Shown in pieces: positions 57,326-64,000 of a DNA stretch of 64,000 nt. The notes below the pieces were generated by a model that worked only from the letters and a program-made list of their open reading frames with translations, made no database searches and was not told the DNA's origin. A program made the translations under genes and the position numbers. Positions within the stretch are counted from its first letter, which is position 1. Every line of letters starts with the position of its first letter. Location of the stretch: the NCBI GenBank assembly GCA_033442325.1, contig JAWQFM010000002.1:502442-566441 (forward strand), given 5' to 3'. The DNA is from Salpingoeca rosetta (lineage: Eukaryota > Protista > Choanoflagellata).

Positions 57326-58183
57326 CTGCGTCTGTAAGTGTTGTGAGGATAATTGCTGGGATCTCACGTGCACGTACACGCGCCCACGTCTCTCAGGCGC
57401 TCAAGACCGAATGGACGGCGCGGATTCAAGCGCCACCAAAGCCGTTATTGGAAGTGAAGGCGGGCGGCAAGGATGAAACGGTCAGCCACACGTGTGTGTG
57501 TGTGTGTCTGTGTGTGTGTGTGTGTGTGTCTGTGTCTGTGTGGCTGTATGTGTCTGTGTGTGTCTGTGTCTGTGTCTGTCTGTGTCTGTGCTTGTGGCTG
57601 TGTATGTGGCTTGTTGTCTTGTTATCTCACCTTGATCACATCCTCACCAACACCCACACTCACATCTACATCCATGTCCATATCCATACCTGCGCAGGTG
57701 CGTCGTGGGTTTCGCCAGATGATTGCAAAGCCGTTACGAGGACACGCAGAACATACGCAGGACGGTGCGTTGTCCTTTTGATATTGTGTTCCTTGCCATG
57801 TTTCTCCGTTTCTGCTTCGTTTAACAACATGTGCCTGCACCTGTGCTGCTGTGAACGTGCTGTGTGTGGCCATTTTTGCGTGTGCTGCTCCGTTGGCCTC
57901 ACACCCCACCCTCACCACCACCACCAAATGCCACCACCATCACCACCACCAAATGTTCCCTCTTCTCGCCCCCACAGCGACAGCTGGCGAGGGGGGTGGC
58001 ACGGACCTGTGCGATGAGCGCGCGAAGCAGCTGGAGGTGCACGTCTTCCGCTCGAAACACGAGGACCGCCCGTCTGCCGGGTACAAACGCACGTGCCGTC
58101 AGCTCTCGCGCATGCTCACATACAACGCAGACATCGCCCACCAGGTGTGTATTATGTTGCCTTTGAGGTTGCATCTCTAGTTC

Positions 58184-58244
<61 letters not shown>

Positions 58245-58249
58245 GGTGG

Positions 58250-58293
<44 letters not shown>

Positions 58294-58658
58294 TCTTCTT
58301 CTTCTTCTTCTTCTTCTTCTTCTTCTTCTTCTTCTTCTTCTTCTTCTTCTTCTTCTTCTTCTTCTTCTTCTTCTTCTTCTTCTTCTTCTTCTTCTTCTTC
58401 TTCTTCTTCTTCTTCTTCTTCTTCTTCTTCTTCTTCTTCTTCTTCTTCTTCTTCTTCTTCTTCTTCTTCTTCTTCTTCTTCTTCTTCTTCTTCTTCTTCT
58501 TCTTCTTCTTGTGTGTGCCGTTCGGCACCTTACCCCGTGCTCACGTGTCCACGGCCAATTGTCCTTGTCAAGGTCCTCGATGGTTCACTGCTGCCGTCAA
58601 CTGTCGTCGCCGTCGCCGTGCAGTGGTCTGTCAGCGGCAAGGTGGAGCTCCCTCAGAC

Positions 58659-58662
<4 letters not shown>
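56446..58662 (+). CDS. TCEANC2: TFIIS N-terminal-domain protein, TCEANC2-like, ~6 exons
   Basis: MERFVVRVK...RQVTINSLK|KVVPVKEV...[43 protein letters not shown]|ALKTEW...; QLEVHVFRS...YKRTCRQL. It resembles TCEANC2 as I recall it. Confidence 0.75.
58181..58510. repeat. Compound intronic triplet microsatellite (TTG)n(TGG)n(TGC)n(TTC)n
   Basis: Directly visible; lies in the last intron of the TCEANC2-like gene. Confidence 0.95.
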
Positions 58663-58746
<84 letters not shown>

Positions 58747-58775
58747 CGATGATGATGATGATGACGATGATGATG
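58660..58775 (+). repeat. (TGA)n microsatellite beginning at the TCEANC2-like stop codon
   Basis: ...CAG ACA TGA TGA TGA...; 29 uninterrupted units over 58660-58746. Confidence 0.95.
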
Positions 58776-59415
58776 CATTGCTGTGGTTTCAGCGGTGTTT
58801 GATGAATAATGGTATTCGAGGGGTGCTGGTTCGGCATGACACACTCTTCGTTACTGCTGTAAACAACCGTTTTATAACTGAATGCTGGGTCTATTGCACA
58901 TTGTGCTGTATTTGACGACGCCCTTTGGCAGTGTCCGCGTGCTCCTGTCTGTGTGCCTCGTCGCTTTGTTTACATCACACTCGGCACGCGTGCCTTGTCT
59001 GTACACACTTCCCCCTCTTTGCACCGTCGCTGTTTCCTTCTGTGCAATGTGTTCCGCTATGTATGCACTTGCCAGCTCATAGAAACAAACAGAACAGTCA
59101 CGCGCGAAGACGCACGCAAACGATCACGTCAGTGCTCCCGCCACACACCACAACCAATCCAACCAACAACATCAACAAACAAACACAGGATCAACTTCAG
59201 ACAGCACCATCAAACATGCGGATGTGCGTGCATGCGTGCGTGCGTGCGTGCTTGCGGGCAATCAACAACCCAAACGAGGCACTTTGCAGCAAGCATCAAA
59301 CGCAGAGCAGTAACATGAGTAGAAAGCAAGCCAGCAGGCTAAGCGCACGCAACCCTCAAACACGAAACCACATCAACGCATGTGACTGCGTGCACACATC
59401 AGCGTGTGCGCTTGT

Positions 59416-64000
<4,585 letters not shown>

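Overview
Eukaryotic genomic DNA with GC-rich exons, spliceosomal GT-AG introns full of (CA)n/(GT)n microsatellites, and two 100-N gaps. Style and gene content suggest a choanoflagellate such as Salpingoeca rosetta (inference, not verified). About 36.5 kb (minus strand, ~36321 to beyond position 1) is one giant gene for a probably secreted protein of at least ~11,400 aa. Its architecture is: signal peptide, Gly-rich module, F5/8C discoidin, 2 HYR domains, a cupredoxin-like fold, ~20 copies of a ~100-aa Ser/Thr/Val-rich repeat, and ~18 further ~400-550-aa Gly-rich modules. Small binding domains (FN2, SUEL lectin, three discoidin-like domains, a propeller-like domain) are inserted at recurring loop positions of those modules. 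The ORF is broken at three places: a 1-nt frameshift near 22190, a probable 53-nt intron (16014-15962), and an apparently exact 411-bp tandem duplication with a 35-bp unrelated spacer (1797-2653). The rest of the window holds intron-rich genes: CWC27 cyclophilin (-), Derlin (-), a patatin/TGL-SDP1-like lipase (+), a rhophilin-like HR1-BRO1-PDZ gene (-), TCEANC2-like (+), and the 3' part of a classical tyrosine phosphatase with C-terminal EF-hands (-). Four palindromic ACTGA-N2-TCAGT motifs lie in the rhophilin/TCEANC2 divergent promoter. All exon and domain calls were read by eye; no searches were run.
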